The notes: generated from the sequence alone by a model not told the origin. Positions 1-10,096 are shown, numbered from the stretch's first letter. The stretch is 64,000 bases of DNA from Alphaproteobacteria bacterium (GCA_017535105.1 JAFXUI010000001.1:174612-238611), one strand, 5' to 3'. Program-made: numbers and translations.

Positions 1-497
1 TGATGAAACCCCGAACCCCAACGTGCGTGACGTGACAACACAACCGGCTTGGTATAACGGGTCGAAAGCAGGGCGTATTCGCGCTGTTCCAACAATGGTG
101 CATCTACGTCCAATGTTTGTTCATTTTTCATATGTTGACCAATGTCCAAACCCAATCCCGATACAGATGTTTTGATTTTTATATTCGATAAATATTGCGA
201 AAGTGTTTTACGGGTGTTTGGGTCGACAATTAAAAATTCGTCTGTATCACAACCAATCACAATATCATAAGTTTCAAGTAATTCGTTTGCCAAATCGGAT
301 AATTTACCAATACGATATTTATCGCCCGCGGCGCGTGATAATTGTGTATGTGGCAATTTTGTTATATGTGCATTGCCGGCGTTTTTTGGAATCTTTTGGT
401 CGGTGCCGTCCAATAATATGTACAGGTTTTCTGTACCAAACTGTTTTCCATAATACGCAATCCACCGCGACAAGAAAAATTCATCGTCACGCGCCAT
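1..497 (-). CDS. glycosyltransferase family 2-like protein, partial (C-terminus lies beyond window start)
   Basis: Absent from the supplied track because it runs off the edge. My minus-strand translation from ATG (495-497) reads MARDDEFFLSRWIAYYGKQFGTENLYILLDGTDQKIP...VIGCDTDEFLIVDP... and stays open to position 1. The acidic DTD(E) motif and overall pattern resemble GT2-type enzymes. Neighbours are glycosyltransferases. Confidence 0.5.
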   Translation of the reverse strand, partial: MARDDEFFLSRWIAYYGKQFGTENLYILLDGTDQKIPKNAGNAHITKLPHTQLSRAAGDKYRIGKLSDLANELLETYDIVIGCDTDEFLIVDPNTRKTLSQYLSNIKIKTSVSGLGLDIGQHMKNEQTLDVDAPLLEQREYALLSTRYTKPVVLSRHARWGSGFH

Positions 498-516
498 TGT
501 TATTGCTGCAATACGT

Positions 517-1377
517 TTAGTGCTTTTTAGCATAGTGTGCCTTTATTTTATAGATTGCATATTTTAGTCCGCGCCAAAACGCCGAAATGCGATTTTGATT
601 AAGTGTGCGATTTACGTATTCGGTGCCATATACACGTTTTGCGTTTTTGATAATTGCGTTCCGCATTTGCGTTGGCGTGTGATTTAACACATATGATATT
701 TGTGGTCCCAGTGCGCCATCATGACGGGCAATCGCGACCTTTTTCATAAACGGCATTTTTTCGCGGTAATATTTTTTGATTTTGTTGTATACATCACGAT
801 TGTGTGCGGTGTATAAACATTTCCATGTACCACCATGTTCGATAACACGCTTGCTGAACCCATGTTCATAATGGTGTGTGATTGCACCCTTAGATTCCAG
901 TTTCTTTACAGCCGATATAAATTCATAGAACCACGTTGACGTGAACACATTTTTACGCATACCAACAAACCACGATTGAATGTGGGGGTGGGTGGCTTTG
1001 GTATTTTTAACCAAGCCAAATGCGTCTGTGCGTAATGTTTCCATTTGTTCCAGATATGGCTTTAATGGGAACAATGGGCCATATACAGAATCATTTACCA
1101 TATACACAAAATCATAGTCGGATAAACTCAGATGTTCGCGCGCCCAAGCGTACGCACGTTTATACGACCCAAAATCATATTCGCCATGCCGTTTGGCAAT
1201 TACGTGTAAGACATAAGGTTTTATTTTTTGCGTTTGTGTTTTATCAGAGTTGCAATCCATACACAAAACAACATCGCCCAATTTAGACAATGCGCGCACA
1301 TATAGAACCAAAGAATCGTCAATGATTCCATCTGCATCGTATCCGGCAAATAAAAATAATCGTTTGTTTTGTTTCAT
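517..1377 (-). CDS. rhamnan-synthesis-F (RgpF)-like polysaccharide glycosyltransferase
   Basis: 286-aa ORF. FAGYDADGIIDDSLVLYVRAL ... FVYMVNDSVYGPLFPL ... pattern is typical of RgpF-family LPS/polysaccharide biosynthesis proteins. Confidence 0.55.
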   Translation of the reverse strand: MKQNKRLFLFAGYDADGIIDDSLVLYVRALSKLGDVVLCMDCNSDKTQTQKIKPYVLHVIAKRHGEYDFGSYKRAYAWAREHLSLSDYDFVYMVNDSVYGPLFPLKPYLEQMETLRTDAFGLVKNTKATHPHIQSWFVGMRKNVFTSTWFYEFISAVKKLESKGAITHHYEHGFSKRVIEHGGTWKCLYTAHNRDVYNKIKKYYREKMPFMKKVAIARHDGALGPQISYVLNHTPTQMRNAIIKNAKRVYGTEYVNRTLNQNRISAFWRGLKYAIYKIKAHYAKKH

Positions 1378-1436
1378 TTTTTGCTCTTGCTAGGACTATA
1401 CAAGTTCTGTTAGAATTTTTCAACAAAGGAAATTTT

Positions 1437-2636
1437 ATGACATATACAATTTATGGTGAATCAAACTTTATAAAACACCTGAAAAAAGCGGTGTCAAAAC
1501 AGACAAGAAAATCTACAACGATTATGTGTTTTGATGGGGCGGTTATCGCGAACGAACATAAACACGGTTTTGGTGTTTTTGATAAAGATTTCAATTTTAT
1601 AAAAGAATCATTACAAATGCGTCGGAACAAGTCGCAATTTATACCAAAAATTAAACGTGATAATATCCCATACTGTGATGAAGATGTTGTGTTTATCGGA
1701 AATGTAAATCCGTTTTTTGGGCATTTTCTGTTGGAACATATGAATCGGTTGTATGCCTTGATGGACAAGCAATACAGTAAAAGAAAAGTTGTTTTGATAA
1801 ATGACAAGGGGTTGGAAAAAATACCAAATTATATTTTTCAGTTTCTTGAATTTTTTGGAATTAAACGTGGCAATATAATAATTCTTGATGAAACAACAAA
1901 ATTCAGAAACGTGTGTATTCCATCACAAAGTTTCAATTCACGGCTTTATACAGCGGACTGTTTTGCGGAAACGTTTGATAAAATCTCTGGCAATATCCCA
2001 GATTCTGAAAAGTATGAAAAAATATATGTGTCGCGGGCAAAATTAGACGATAAACATAAAACTCTTGGTGAAGAAAAAGTTCAGCGTGTGTTCGAAAAGA
2101 ATGGTTTTAAAATAATTTATCCAGAAAAGTTGCCATTGGATAAACAAATATCGTTAGTAAAGAATTGTAAAGTATTGGCTGGTTGCGCGGGAACAGCATT
2201 ACACTTGGCATTATTTATGAAATCGGGCGGTTCAGTTATATCTATTAAACGTAATCGTTTGCCGGCTTGTAATGCAATGATCCAAAACAATGTAAATAAT
2301 ACAAAGGGTTTAGATGGGATATTTATATCTGGTTCTGTGGAAACACGTAAAACATTTCACAGTACAGATGCGCCACAAATTATCGGTGTGAATAAATATA
2401 TGAAACAGTTTTTTGATGAAAATGGCTATAAATATACAGAAGAAGATTTGGGTGTTGATGGCGATGCGTGGGAAACGTACAAATGTGCCTTGTCAAAATA
2501 TAACAAATTACATGGAAGTGTTTTTGCCAGAAGATTTAAGCGTCTTGTTATAAAAATTACATCGTGTTTTGTGCCGGGTCGCAAAAGACGTGGTGCATAC
2601 CGTGATTGGTTAAAGAAAGTGTTAAAATATAATTAA
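1437..2636 (+). CDS. glycosyltransferase family 61 (DUF563)-like protein
   Basis: 399 aa with AAGGA SD upstream. FFGHFLLEHMNRLYAL and IYVSRAKLD...GEEKVQRVFEKNGFKIIYPEKLPLDKQISLVKNCKVLAGCAGTALHLALFM match the GT61/DUF563 layout. Confidence 0.5.
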   Translation: MTYTIYGESNFIKHLKKAVSKQTRKSTTIMCFDGAVIANEHKHGFGVFDKDFNFIKESLQMRRNKSQFIPKIKRDNIPYCDEDVVFIGNVNPFFGHFLLEHMNRLYALMDKQYSKRKVVLINDKGLEKIPNYIFQFLEFFGIKRGNIIILDETTKFRNVCIPSQSFNSRLYTADCFAETFDKISGNIPDSEKYEKIYVSRAKLDDKHKTLGEEKVQRVFEKNGFKIIYPEKLPLDKQISLVKNCKVLAGCAGTALHLALFMKSGGSVISIKRNRLPACNAMIQNNVNNTKGLDGIFISGSVETRKTFHSTDAPQIIGVNKYMKQFFDENGYKYTEEDLGVDGDAWETYKCALSKYNKLHGSVFARRFKRLVIKITSCFVPGRKRRGAYRDWLKKVLKYN

Positions 2637-2640
2637 TATA

Positions 2641-2666
2641 AAACCGCCCGTTTGGGCGGTTTGTTT
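2641..2666. terminator. bidirectional intrinsic terminator (GT61-like gene / typA)
   Basis: AAACCGCCC-GTTT-GGGCGGTTT hairpin flanked by an A-run and a T-run, between convergent genes. Confidence 0.7.
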
Positions 2667-4503
2667 AATCGTATGTTTCGGCAAAACGATATGCCTTTTT
2701 ACGCTTTGTGCTGTCCAATTCCTTTTTACGCAGACGAATTGTACTTGGCGTAACCTCAACCAATTCATCGTCTTGGATATATGACAGTGCTTCTTCCAAA
2801 CTCATTTTACGGGGTGGGGCAAGGAACAATTTTTCGTCCGCCGTTACCGAACGAACGTTTGTTAATTGCTTACCCTTGACCGGGTTAACCTCAATATCGT
2901 TTTCTTTGGAATGTTCACCGATAATCATACCCGAATACACTTCGGTTTGTGGACCAATGAACAAAACGCCACGTGGTTCCAAGTTGTGCAGGGCGTATGT
3001 CGCCGCCGAGCCAGCTTCCATAGAAACAAGAACACCCGGACGATATTGTGAAATTGGACCACGATATTCGTCATACTTATCAAATACACGGTTCATAATA
3101 CCGGTGCCACGTGTGTCGGTGCGGAATTCAGACAGGTAACCAATCAGCCCGCGTGATGGTGCGGAAAATACGATACGCGTTTTGCCCGCGCCAGACGATT
3201 TCATTTCAGTTATTGTTGCTTTGCGTTTTGTCATTTTTTCAATAACGACACCTGAAAACTCGTCATCAACGTCAATAACGACTTCTTCGATTGGTTCTAA
3301 CTTTTCACCGTTCGGGCCCGTTTGCATAACAACGCGTGGACGCGATACAGATAATTCAAACCCTTCGCGGCGCATTGTTTCAATTAAAATACCCAACTGC
3401 AATTCACCACGACCGGAAACCTCAAAACTTTCGTTGTTCGCGCTTTGAGTAACGCGCAGGGCGATGTTTGTTTCGGCTTCCTTGAACAACCTTTCGCCAA
3501 TCATACGTGATGTCAATTTTTTACCAGACTGACCCGCCAATGGCGATGTATTCACAAAGAACGTCATGGTCAGGGTCGGTGGGTCAATTGGCATTGCCGG
3601 GATTGGTGTATTAACACTTGGGTCGCACAATGTGTCGGCCACAGTTGCTTTGGAAAATCCGGCCACAACAATGATGTCACCAGCCGATGCAGAATCTCGT
3701 GAAACTTTTTCGACACCACGATGTTCAATGATTTTTGTAATCTTGGCATTTTCAATAAATTCGCCCTTCATATTTATTGCTTTGACGCTTTGTCCAACAC
3801 GAACCGTTCCAGATTCCACCTTGCCGGTCAAAATACGACCAACGTATGGGTCGGCCTCCAATGTGGTTGCCAGCATTGAAAATGGTGCATCAATTTGGCA
3901 ACGTTCGCCATTACAATCTGGTGCCGGCACGTGGTCAACAATCAATTGGAACAGGGGGGTTAAATCTTTGTGTTCATCATTCAAGTCGCGAACCGCCCAA
4001 CCGTCACGTCCCACCGAATACAGATATGGGAAGTCCAATTGTGAATCTGTTGCGCCCAGTTTGTCGAACAAATCAAATGTTTCGGTTAAAACTTCTTCGG
4101 GACGGGCATCAGAACGATCGACCTTGTTTATACATACAATCGGGCGCAGACCCAATTTCAATGCCTTGCCCAACACAAACTTGGTCTGGGGCAGGGGGCC
4201 TTCGGCCGCGTCAACCAACAATACAACCCCGTCAACCATAGATAAAATACGTTCAACTTCGCCACCAAAGTCGGCGTGACCCGGGGTGTCCACGATATTG
4301 ATTTTATAGTCACCCCATTGAATTGATGTCGGTTTTGCCGAAATAGTAATGCCGCGTTCGCGTTCGATATCACCGCTGTCCATGACGCGATCTTCAACCT
4401 TTTCGTTGGCACGAAAAGTTCCCGCTTGCTTTAACATATTGTCAACCAATGTTGTCTTGCCATGGTCAACGTGCGCAATTATTGCAATATTGCGAATTTT
4501 CAT
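2665..4503 (-). CDS. typA: translational GTPase TypA/BipA
   Basis: 612 aa. N-terminus NIAIIAHVDHGKTTLVD, DTPGHADFGGEVER and NKVDR G-motifs, with full-length TypA-like sequence. Confidence 0.95.
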   Translation of the reverse strand: MKIRNIAIIAHVDHGKTTLVDNMLKQAGTFRANEKVEDRVMDSGDIERERGITISAKPTSIQWGDYKINIVDTPGHADFGGEVERILSMVDGVVLLVDAAEGPLPQTKFVLGKALKLGLRPIVCINKVDRSDARPEEVLTETFDLFDKLGATDSQLDFPYLYSVGRDGWAVRDLNDEHKDLTPLFQLIVDHVPAPDCNGERCQIDAPFSMLATTLEADPYVGRILTGKVESGTVRVGQSVKAINMKGEFIENAKITKIIEHRGVEKVSRDSASAGDIIVVAGFSKATVADTLCDPSVNTPIPAMPIDPPTLTMTFFVNTSPLAGQSGKKLTSRMIGERLFKEAETNIALRVTQSANNESFEVSGRGELQLGILIETMRREGFELSVSRPRVVMQTGPNGEKLEPIEEVVIDVDDEFSGVVIEKMTKRKATITEMKSSGAGKTRIVFSAPSRGLIGYLSEFRTDTRGTGIMNRVFDKYDEYRGPISQYRPGVLVSMEAGSAATYALHNLEPRGVLFIGPQTEVYSGMIIGEHSKENDIEVNPVKGKQLTNVRSVTADEKLFLAPPRKMSLEEALSYIQDDELVEVTPSTIRLRKKELDSTKRKKAYRFAETYD

Positions 4504-4643
4504 CTTTATACCTTTTTTACGTAAATCGGGTATAGATTATACCATTTTTCGCGATTTTCAACAAGTTAGAACATATTTTTATAAAAATCTTGACTTTAAG
4601 GGTGTTTTTATGCCTATTCTTATAGTCCAGGACAGGAGAAATT

Positions 4644-5111
4644 ATGAGTAAGTATAAAAATTTTAACGTCAATTATGATGTAATTTTGGCGCGTTTTTTT
4701 GATTCTGTGATTGGACCATTATCAGAATATTATTCACGTTGTGATAATATGTTAGAGCAAACAGCCATAACCGATACGTTGGCTCGATTGAAATTGATAT
4801 CAAAAAATCCACAGAAATATTTAACCGAGAACAAGAAATCTATCGGTAACGAAGATTTTATTGGGTTGACGTATATGCGGAATGAAAATGGCTATCACGA
4901 CATGCAGCGTTATCCATTGGTTAATAACGTGATATCGCGATTGATGACATATTACAAAATACCGACCAGTAAATGTCACAAAGATGCGCTGGACGGTGCA
5001 TTAAAAGACTATTTCCTTACATACGAACCAAGTATTATGCGGCATATACAATATACACTGATGTCGCCGGGGCGAATGTTGGCGTATTTAAGCAAACAAA
5101 AAACGAAATAA
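4644..5111 (+). CDS. hypothetical protein
   Basis: 155-aa ORF with AGGAG SD 7 nt upstream, followed by a terminator. No family recognised. Confidence 0.5.
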   Translation: MSKYKNFNVNYDVILARFFDSVIGPLSEYYSRCDNMLEQTAITDTLARLKLISKNPQKYLTENKKSIGNEDFIGLTYMRNENGYHDMQRYPLVNNVISRLMTYYKIPTSKCHKDALDGALKDYFLTYEPSIMRHIQYTLMSPGRMLAYLSKQKTK

Positions 5112-5137
5112 AAAACCGGCAAATGCCGGTTTTTTTA
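5111..5137. terminator. bidirectional intrinsic terminator (hypothetical gene / serS)
   Basis: AAAAACCGGC-AAAT-GCCGGTTTTTTT between convergent genes. Confidence 0.7.
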
Positions 5138-5140
5138 TTG

Positions 5141-6418
5141 TTAGTGTTTTCCACCGATTTTCGTACGACCACCCATAAGCGGTTGTAACTTTTTCGGGAT
5201 ATTCACCGAACCGTCAGCATTTTGGTGATTTTCAATTACCGGTACCAATGCGCGTGGCAGGGCGATTCCAGTATTATTTAATGTTGCACAGAACTTTAAT
5301 GTGCCGTCCGCTGCGCGATAACGTGTGTTTGTACGGCGCGCCTGGAATTGACCAATGGACGAACAAGAACCCAATTCACGATATGTGTTTTCAGATGGGA
5401 ACCATGCCTCAACATCATTCATTTTAACCTTGTTAAAGCCCATGTCGCCGGTGCAATTTGCAATTACACGATATGGTAATTCCAAATCTTCCATAACTTC
5501 GCACAGGTTGTTCAATATGTGTTCGTGCATTTCGTCCGATTGTTCGGGTGTGCAGTATATGTATTGTTCAACCTTGTTAAACTGGTGAAAACGGACAAGT
5601 CCACGTGTGTCGCGACCCGCCGCGCCGGCTTCTTTACGGAAACATGGTGAAAAGCCCGCGTATTTAATCGGCAAATCTTTTTCGTTTAATACTTCGTCCG
5701 AGTGTAATGAGTTCAAAATAATTTCCGCCGTTCCAGCCAAGCATCTGTCGGTACCCTCTAACATAAACACATCGTTATTCATAACCGACAAATCAGACCC
5801 CATAAAGTGTCCAGCATTGAATATCGTTTGTGGTTTTGTGATTGATGGACATTCAACAAAACGGAAGCCCTTAGCAATCAATTTCTGAATCACGTATGTT
5901 TCAATGGCTAATTCCAATTCGGCGGCTTCGCCCATTAAACAATATGTACGTGTGCCACATATTTCGCCGATTTTTTCCGGTGCCCACCAATTGTTCATAT
6001 CCAATAAATCCCATTGAGCGCGTGGTGTAAAATCAAATTCACGTGGGGTGCCGACACGGCGAACCTCTACATTATCAGCGTCATCACGACCTATTGGTGC
6101 GTCGGCCGCCGGGATTTGTGGAACACAATGTAATAATTCGTTCAGTTCGGCTTCTTTATCCGCCAATTCCGCCATATCCGCAGCGATTTCTTCGCCAATT
6201 TGTTTTGATTTTGCAATCAGTGGCGCCTTGTCTGTGGCGGTTGGTATTTCGCGTGTGATTTTATTCTTTTCCGCAGTCATTGTTTGCGTAATTGTTTTCA
6301 GTTCGCGTACGCGTGCGTCCAATGCCAAAATTTCGTCAGTGTGGTCGGCAAACCCCTTAACCGCACAGGCATTTTTTACCATATCTGGATTTTCGCGAAT
6401 ATATTTAATGTCAATCAT
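5141..6418 (-). CDS. serS: seryl-tRNA synthetase
   Basis: 425 aa. N-terminal coiled-coil arm (MIDIKYIRENPD...) and class II core motifs (FRKEAGAAGRDTRGLVRFHQFNKVE, TLNNTGIALPRALVPVIENHQ). Confidence 0.95.
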   Translation of the reverse strand: MIDIKYIRENPDMVKNACAVKGFADHTDEILALDARVRELKTITQTMTAEKNKITREIPTATDKAPLIAKSKQIGEEIAADMAELADKEAELNELLHCVPQIPAADAPIGRDDADNVEVRRVGTPREFDFTPRAQWDLLDMNNWWAPEKIGEICGTRTYCLMGEAAELELAIETYVIQKLIAKGFRFVECPSITKPQTIFNAGHFMGSDLSVMNNDVFMLEGTDRCLAGTAEIILNSLHSDEVLNEKDLPIKYAGFSPCFRKEAGAAGRDTRGLVRFHQFNKVEQYIYCTPEQSDEMHEHILNNLCEVMEDLELPYRVIANCTGDMGFNKVKMNDVEAWFPSENTYRELGSCSSIGQFQARRTNTRYRAADGTLKFCATLNNTGIALPRALVPVIENHQNADGSVNIPKKLQPLMGGRTKIGGKH

Positions 6419-6556
6419 TGTGTGTCCCCGTAGTTATTAAAATCTTGGCGAATTATAAGACGATTTTGTGCCAAAATCAACATATTCATAGTTGAATTTT
6501 TCGGTTTGCGTTATATATATAATGTATGATATGATTTCACCACAAAAGGAAAGGTT

Positions 6557-7465
6557 ATGGATATTACAATGTATGATGTGATTATTTTAGGTTCTGGACC
6601 GGCGGGTTTGACGGCGGCACTGTATGCGGGACGCGCAAATAAAAACGCGATTGTTTTGGGTGGCGCAAAACTGGGCGGTCAAATGTCTGAAATTGCGAAG
6701 TTGGAAAATTATCCGGGTTGGACTGGTGACGGTATGGGTCTTGCCGAGTTTATGAAAAAGCAGGCTGAATCGTTCGGGGCAAAAATTGTTCCTGTGTCGG
6801 CCAAGTCGGTCGATGGTGACGCGGAAAGTGGTTTTAATGTTTTGGGTGATGACGGCAAAAATTATGTCGGCAAAACGGTGATTTTTGCAACGGGTGCATC
6901 ACCACGCAAATTGGAAATTGAGGGCGCCAAGGAATTGGTCGGTCGTGGTGTTTCATATTGCGCAACATGTGACGGCTTTTTCTATTATGGCAAAGATGTA
7001 ATGGTAATGGGTGGCGGAAACGCGGCATTAAATGATGCGCTGTATTTGGCGGACGTTGCGAAATCGGTAAAAATCGTTTATCGCAAGGGTTCGTTTTTCC
7101 GCGCCGAAGAAGTTTTGCGCAATCGCATCGCGGAACGTAAAAATATCGAATGCTTGTTTAATACGGACCTTAAAAAAGTGGCGGCGGTGCCGGGTTCAGA
7201 CAAATTAGTCGTAACAACACTTGATGGCAAAGAAATAGAAACAGACGGTTTGTTTGTCGCCATTGGGCATGAGGCAAATACGGACTATCTGGACGAAGGG
7301 GTCAAACGTGATGGAATGGGTCGTTTGATGCCATCGGAATTGCCGGCTGGAACATTTGTTGCGGGCGATGTGCACAGCAATATAAAAATGCAAATTGCAA
7401 CGGCGGTGGGTACGGGGTGTACCGCCGCGATGGAGGCAATAGCATATCTGAATTCCAAAGAATAA
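6557..7465 (+). CDS. trxB: thioredoxin-disulfide reductase
   Basis: 302 aa. FAD motif ILGSGPAGLTAALYAGR, redox CATCDG, NADPH motif VMGGGNAALNDALYL. Confidence 0.9.
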   Translation: MDITMYDVIILGSGPAGLTAALYAGRANKNAIVLGGAKLGGQMSEIAKLENYPGWTGDGMGLAEFMKKQAESFGAKIVPVSAKSVDGDAESGFNVLGDDGKNYVGKTVIFATGASPRKLEIEGAKELVGRGVSYCATCDGFFYYGKDVMVMGGGNAALNDALYLADVAKSVKIVYRKGSFFRAEEVLRNRIAERKNIECLFNTDLKKVAAVPGSDKLVVTTLDGKEIETDGLFVAIGHEANTDYLDEGVKRDGMGRLMPSELPAGTFVAGDVHSNIKMQIATAVGTGCTAAMEAIAYLNSKE

Positions 7466-7494
7466 AAACGCGCCATTGGCGCGTTTATTTTTTT
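7464..7494. terminator. bidirectional intrinsic terminator (trxB / J-domain gene)
   Basis: ACGCGCC-ATT-GGCGCGT hairpin followed by a T-rich run. It overlaps the 3' end of the convergent gene. Confidence 0.65.
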
Positions 7495-7976
7495 CCAAAA
7501 TATTTTTTAAGTGTGTCGTATGCGGACGATATCTTGGCAAATTCGGTGGCGGAACCCGAACGGTCTGGGTGGTGCTGTTTCGCAAGCGCGCGATAACGTA
7601 CACCAACCTCACGCCATGATGCAGTGATTGGTAAACCAAATGTTTTAAGCGCATTCATCACCGGACCGGGCAGGGTTGTTTTCTTTGGCATTTTATCAAA
7701 CGTGTCGCGACCCGATATAAAATCATTCAGGAATTTTACATAATCCGCTTCGTCTGCATTTGCCTTTGCTTTATCTTTTAATGGTGAACCAAATGTTATG
7801 CGTTCCCAATCTTCTTCGACTTCGTCCGCCGACATTCCCGCATAGTAATTCCAATTTTTATTATATTCGGCGGCGTGTTCTGGACAGAAATACCAATATT
7901 CACGCAGATCGCGCGTCTTTGGACAACGGCATGTTCCCGCCTTTTGACAATTTGCGTGTTCACATTTTTTTATCAT
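7485..7976 (-). CDS. J-domain-containing protein (C-terminal DnaJ domain, Cys-rich N-terminus)
   Basis: 163 aa. C-terminal J domain with HPD (YRALAKQHHPDRSGS). N-terminus reads CEHANCQKAGTCRCP...YWYFCPEHAAEYNKNWNYY. Start overlaps the xerD stop by 4 nt. Confidence 0.75.
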   Translation of the reverse strand: MIKKCEHANCQKAGTCRCPKTRDLREYWYFCPEHAAEYNKNWNYYAGMSADEVEEDWERITFGSPLKDKAKANADEADYVKFLNDFISGRDTFDKMPKKTTLPGPVMNALKTFGLPITASWREVGVRYRALAKQHHPDRSGSATEFAKISSAYDTLKKYFGKK

Positions 7977-8836
7977 TTGCGTCCCCCTTTCTTTGCCAAT
8001 GGGTGATGCAGAGCGACCGTTTCCTTTAATTTTTCCGGCATAACGTGTGTATAGATTTGTGTTGTTGAAATGTCTTCGTGTCCAAGCATTGTTTGTATCG
8101 CGCGCAGATTTGCGCCCCCCGCAAGTAAGTGCGAAGCGAACGAATGGCGCAAAACGTGTGGACTTACGCGGTGTGGGTCAATGCCCGCCAATACCGCACA
8201 TTTTTTCAGAATCTTGAAAAAGCCATCGCGTGTAATGTGACCAGACGCGCCATTTGAAGGAAAGACATATTTTGACTTTTCGTCATCACGTATATCCAAC
8301 CATTTATTCAATGCGTGAACGGCACCGGGGTGCATTGGTACAATGCGTTCTTTGGCCCCCTTGCCATGAATCAAAAGTTTATCGCCCAGGTTTGCCGTCA
8401 TTGGTAATTCACACAGTTCCGATACACGCAGGCCCGATGCATACACCAATTCCAACATTGCGCGCAGACGTGTTGCGTTACGCGTGTCACCCGCCGATGA
8501 TATAAGTAATTCAATTTCTTCGACCGACAAAAACTTTGGCAGTGCGCGTTTGCGTTTTGGTAATTCCAGATTTGCAGTTGGGTTTTCGGTTATGATTTTT
8601 TCCAACATTAAAAATTTATAGAAAGTGCGCAGTGCGCTTGCCTTGCGTGCGATGGACGATGCCTTGTCCGGTAAGTCTGAAAGGTATTTTTGAATGTCTG
8701 CCTCAGTCGCGTGCATAAGTCCGCCCGAAATCGTTTCGTCGGCGTGGTGCAAATCGGACGAATACGCAGCAAGGGTCTTTTCACTGCGACCCTTTTCGGC
8801 AGATAATGCTTCTAAAAATATATCAATATAGTTCAT
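7973..8836 (-). CDS. xerD: site-specific tyrosine recombinase XerD (XerC/XerD family)
   Basis: 287 aa. N-terminal FLEALSAEKGRSEKTLAAYSSDL. Catalytic region ASGLRVSEL ... HVLRHSFASHLLAGGANLRAIQTMLGHEDISTTQIYTHV. The XerD versus XerC assignment is by pattern only. Confidence 0.75.
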   Translation of the reverse strand: MNYIDIFLEALSAEKGRSEKTLAAYSSDLHHADETISGGLMHATEADIQKYLSDLPDKASSIARKASALRTFYKFLMLEKIITENPTANLELPKRKRALPKFLSVEEIELLISSAGDTRNATRLRAMLELVYASGLRVSELCELPMTANLGDKLLIHGKGAKERIVPMHPGAVHALNKWLDIRDDEKSKYVFPSNGASGHITRDGFFKILKKCAVLAGIDPHRVSPHVLRHSFASHLLAGGANLRAIQTMLGHEDISTTQIYTHVMPEKLKETVALHHPLAKKGGRK

Positions 8837-8980
8837 TTATGCCAACACGACTTCGGTTATATTCTGAGTTGGGGCAAAGTATATTATCATCAATATTATA
8901 ATAAGTGTGATAACTGCAAGTATCGCAAACTTACGAAATGTAAAATTTTTCTTTTTACGTAATGGCATGTCGTCCCCCAT
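8837..8980 (-). CDS. small predicted membrane protein (47 aa)
   Basis: Shortened from track ORF 8837..9046, whose 5' part overlaps lptG. MGDDMPLRKKKNFTFRKFAILAVITLIIILMIIYFAP has a basic N-terminus and one hydrophobic helix. It exactly fills the lptG-xerD gap. No homology recognised. Confidence 0.3.
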   Translation of the reverse strand: MGDDMPLRKKKNFTFRKFAILAVITLIIILMIIYFAPTQNITEVVLA

Positions 8981-8981
8981 A

Positions 8982-10040
8982 TTATATTGTATCAAAACTG
9001 GCGATAAACATTCCCGCCCCAGCAATAATAATAAGCGGCGGCGCAATGATTGCCAATATTGCTGGTAATACCCCCGTTGACCCCAGTGCGTTAAACATAT
9101 TTATTATAAAGTATGACGCAAAGCACGTGATAACACCAATGCTGAACTTGAAACTGAAATTGAAATTACGGCGTTGACGTGTTTGTGAAAACGCAATTCC
9201 CAGTATCGCCATCGCAATCATAGAAAGAGGCAAGAATAACAATGTCCAAAACTGAACCCAATGGGCGCGAACCGGAATGCCCACAGATTCCATTTTACGA
9301 ATAAACGCGGGCAGGTGCCAAAATGAGATCTGGTCGGGTTGTAAATAACGGTCCAAAACGGTGCGCGGGGTCAGGTTGGAATCAGTATGCCACGCTTTTT
9401 TAACAGTCTTGCCGTCAGATGTCCATATAAGTGCCTTTGTCGAATCCATACCGTTTTCAGATAATTTAACCTGGTCAGCGTGGACGCGTTCGGTCAATTT
9501 AAAATCATTGTTTTGGACAAAGATAGTTGCATCATTAAATATTAAATCATCGTCTGTTCGTGAAATCGTTTTTGCGCGCAGGGTGACAAAACCATCATCG
9601 CCACTTTCACGTAACCATATTGCGCCATCAATAAGATTCAGGTGTTCGGTTTTAATTTCCCGATTTGTTAAATATACCGAATATGGATTTATCGCAACCG
9701 TTGCAAATACACCGATAAGTGCCGCGCCAACAATAAATGGCAACGCGCGTTGATATGGTGACAAGCCTGCACTGGATATAATAACATTCTCGCTGGATTT
9801 GGTCAGGTTATATGACGCGAACAGTGTTCCCATAAATATCGCCATTGGCAAAAACATCGGGACATATTCCATAAGACGTGTCCACGCGTCAACAAGTGCG
9901 GCAATTGCGTTCGGGTTTGATGGCAACCGTTCAACAAATGTGACCGCCAAAATAATACCACTTATTATAAATACAACAAGACCCACGCCACCAAAAAAGC
10001 GGCGCAATAAAAATCGGCTTAAAATCTTGTATTTGAACAT
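8982..10040 (-). CDS. lptG: LPS export ABC transporter permease, LptF/LptG (YjgP/YjgQ) family
   Basis: 352 aa. N-terminal TM bundle, central periplasmic beta-jellyroll-like region and C-terminal TM helices, as in LptG/LptF. The G versus F choice is tentative. Confidence 0.7.
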   Translation of the reverse strand: MFKYKILSRFLLRRFFGGVGLVVFIISGIILAVTFVERLPSNPNAIAALVDAWTRLMEYVPMFLPMAIFMGTLFASYNLTKSSENVIISSAGLSPYQRALPFIVGAALIGVFATVAINPYSVYLTNREIKTEHLNLIDGAIWLRESGDDGFVTLRAKTISRTDDDLIFNDATIFVQNNDFKLTERVHADQVKLSENGMDSTKALIWTSDGKTVKKAWHTDSNLTPRTVLDRYLQPDQISFWHLPAFIRKMESVGIPVRAHWVQFWTLLFLPLSMIAMAILGIAFSQTRQRRNFNFSFKFSIGVITCFASYFIINMFNALGSTGVLPAILAIIAPPLIIIAGAGMFIASFDTI

Positions 10041-10096
10041 AATTTTTCGCTGTTTTTCAATACAGTATGTAAAATTATAGCCCTTTCATTTGGTAA

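Noticed and set aside
203-520. 105-aa plus-strand ORF in the track
   Set aside because: It lies antisense to a minus-strand ORF (1-497) that has a convincing glycosyltransferase-like translation. It has no SD and a low-complexity composition.
2641-2662. Recurring AAACCGCC-N4-5-GGCGGTTT palindromes (also at 17509, 33447, 48951) and AAACCGGC-N4-GCCGGTTT (5112, 19806): a possible REP/MITE family?
   Set aside because: Each sits exactly at a gene 3' end with flanking A and T runs. They are short (under 30 nt) and share only the stem. This fits stereotyped intrinsic terminators and not a dispersed mobile repeat.
3566-4279. 237-aa plus-strand ORF (with several shorter ones) inside typA
   Set aside because: Antisense to the unmistakable TypA/BipA coding sequence. 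The Ser/Pro/Thr-rich translation is typical of a shadow ORF.
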